DNA from: a virus
Taxonomy: Duplodnaviria; Heunggongvirae; Uroviricota; Caudoviricetes
Strand: one strand, 5' to 3'
Virus record (IMG/VR): IMGVR_UViG_3300027509_000001
Span: 64,001-128,000 of that record
DNA length: 64,000 bases
Part shown: positions 62,906-64,000 of the stretch, in pieces
How the letters are laid out: each line of letters opens with the position of its first letter
How positions within the stretch are numbered: position 1 is the stretch's first letter
The notes under the pieces: model-generated
Database searches by the model: none
What the model saw: only the letters and a program-made list of their open reading frames with translations
What the model was told of the DNA's origin: nothing
Made by a program: the position numbers and the translations under genes

Positions 62906-62937
62906 CTAATATAATAAAAAAATAGCGAATATCCAAA
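62906..62937 (-). promoter_or_regulatory. Host-type promoter upstream of primase-sbcDC
   Basis: Minus strand TTTG-N20-TATATTAG. Confidence 0.55.
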
Positions 62938-62940
62938 TTT

Positions 62941-63525
62941 TTACAAAGATAAAATAATATTGATGTACATCCTATTATGTCGCAATTCTACATAAAAATG
63001 ATAATCATTATACGATCCAAACATTGAATTGCACATTTCTCCTATTGTTTCTAAATTATATTTCAGTGATTCGGAAATATAAATTTCTATTTGACTGGTA
63101 AGGGTTTCTTTGATTTTATTTTTTAAAAATATATTAGCAATTTGGTATTTTAATTTAGTAGATTCTAACTGTATATCTGTATCAGTGAATAATATTTCAT
63201 TATTATAGCTATAAAAATATGTTTTAAATTTAACTCTTCCTTTGAACATTCCATCTACATGCACTGTTCCGAGAATATTACTATTTTGTATAGAAACTTC
63301 TATTGAGTCAATTTGTACATAATCATCTTTAATTGCATACCTTAAATCATCAAGGGATAACGAATTGAAATAGTATGATACTATTGATTGCAATTGATTA
63401 GAGTTCAATAATACATTAAAATTTATAAAAGTTTCTTTATTATTTTGATTATTCGTGTGAATTACATTTGTGGTGGTTCTAGAACAACTTAACAAGCAAA
63501 AAATAAATATAAAGATAAATCTCAT
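62941..63525 (-). CDS. Putative lipoprotein
   Basis: MRFIFIFIFCLLS-C lipobox-like N-terminus. Confidence 0.55.
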   Translation of the reverse strand: MRFIFIFIFCLLSCSRTTTNVIHTNNQNNKETFINFNVLLNSNQLQSIVSYYFNSLSLDDLRYAIKDDYVQIDSIEVSIQNSNILGTVHVDGMFKGRVKFKTYFYSYNNEILFTDTDIQLESTKLKYQIANIFLKNKIKETLTSQIEIYISESLKYNLETIGEMCNSMFGSYNDYHFYVELRHNRMYINIILSL

Positions 63526-63992
63526 ATTATTACTTCCTTTAATGATTTCAAGAAAGCTTCGCTAGTTTTCACATTTCTAAATTTTCCACTTCCAACTGCA
63601 TCATTATAATACTGTGTATTTAATATTACATTTTCAGTCATTTGGAAATATTCTTCAATATAATTGCATTGTCCTTTAGTTTTTCCAAATATTAAAATCT
63701 CAAATTTGAATTTATCTTTACCACTCTTTTTAATATCCGCATTTACTTCTTTTGAGGATGATGTGTATGTTTTCCAATTTGATTCTGAGTATACAACTGT
63801 TCTTCTTTTTCTACCTGCTTTTTTTTGTGCTTTGGTTAATGCTTTTCTCCTACGTGATCCTAATTGCTTTTTCCCAATATATTTCATATCAGTTTCAATA
63901 TTAGTAATCATGTACACAAACCCAAACATTCCTTTTGGTAAATCTTCAATTGAATTTATCTGCTTCCCTTTATATGTCCAATGACTAGTCAT
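63522..63992 (-). CDS. GIY-YIG endonuclease (T4 endonuclease II/Seg-like)
   Basis: GFVYMITN...KYIGKK, WKTYTSSS, FKFEIL, YIEE, YYND. Confidence 0.85.
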   Translation of the reverse strand: MTSHWTYKGKQINSIEDLPKGMFGFVYMITNIETDMKYIGKKQLGSRRRKALTKAQKKAGRKRRTVVYSESNWKTYTSSSKEVNADIKKSGKDKFKFEILIFGKTKGQCNYIEEYFQMTENVILNTQYYNDAVGSGKFRNVKTSEAFLKSLKEVII

Positions 63993-64000
63993 AATTATTT

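Noticed and set aside
1-64000. Stop-codon reassignment as seen in some large gut phages
   Set aside because: Standard code gives dense, full-length core genes with no in-frame TAG/TGA interruptions

Overview
64 kb of an AT-rich, large T4-like (contractile-tailed) phage genome in which essentially every real gene lies on the minus strand and the standard genetic code is used. In + strand coordinates it contains: (i) 1-10 kb, an accessory/DNA-modification region with queC-like, folE and intein-split queE 7-deazaguanine genes, with myo-inositol-1-phosphate synthase and a HAD phosphatase between folE and queC, plus denV, a broken sirtuin, a SLOG protein and an EndoVII-like nuclease; (ii) 10-20.6 kb, nucleotide/replication genes (nrdA, nrdB, DnaB-like helicase, 5'-3' exonuclease, RecA with mini-intein, gp32-like SSB, divergent family A polymerase); (iii) 20.6-51 kb, morphogenesis genes (baseplate, tape measure, tube, sheath, neck, major capsid, scaffold, prohead protease, intein-containing portal, large terminase), including ribosomal protein bS21 and a cluster of small genes sharing a leader that matches the inferred capsid maturation site; (iv) 51-64 kb, a multidomain nucleotidyltransferase/ParB/ligase-like protein, a collagen-repeat fibre protein, fused SbcD-SbcC, primase and a GIY-YIG nuclease. 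TTTG-N19/20-TAnnTTTG-type promoters, lipoprotein signals and bS21 point to a Bacteroidota host (inference). Best leads: inositol synthesis inside a deazaguanine operon; a bS21/Shine-Dalgarno translational switch; a repeated RBS+capsid-targeting cassette feeding diverse cargo; inteins in QueE and portal. All family calls are by motif recognition, with no database search. No tRNA or CRISPR array was seen.
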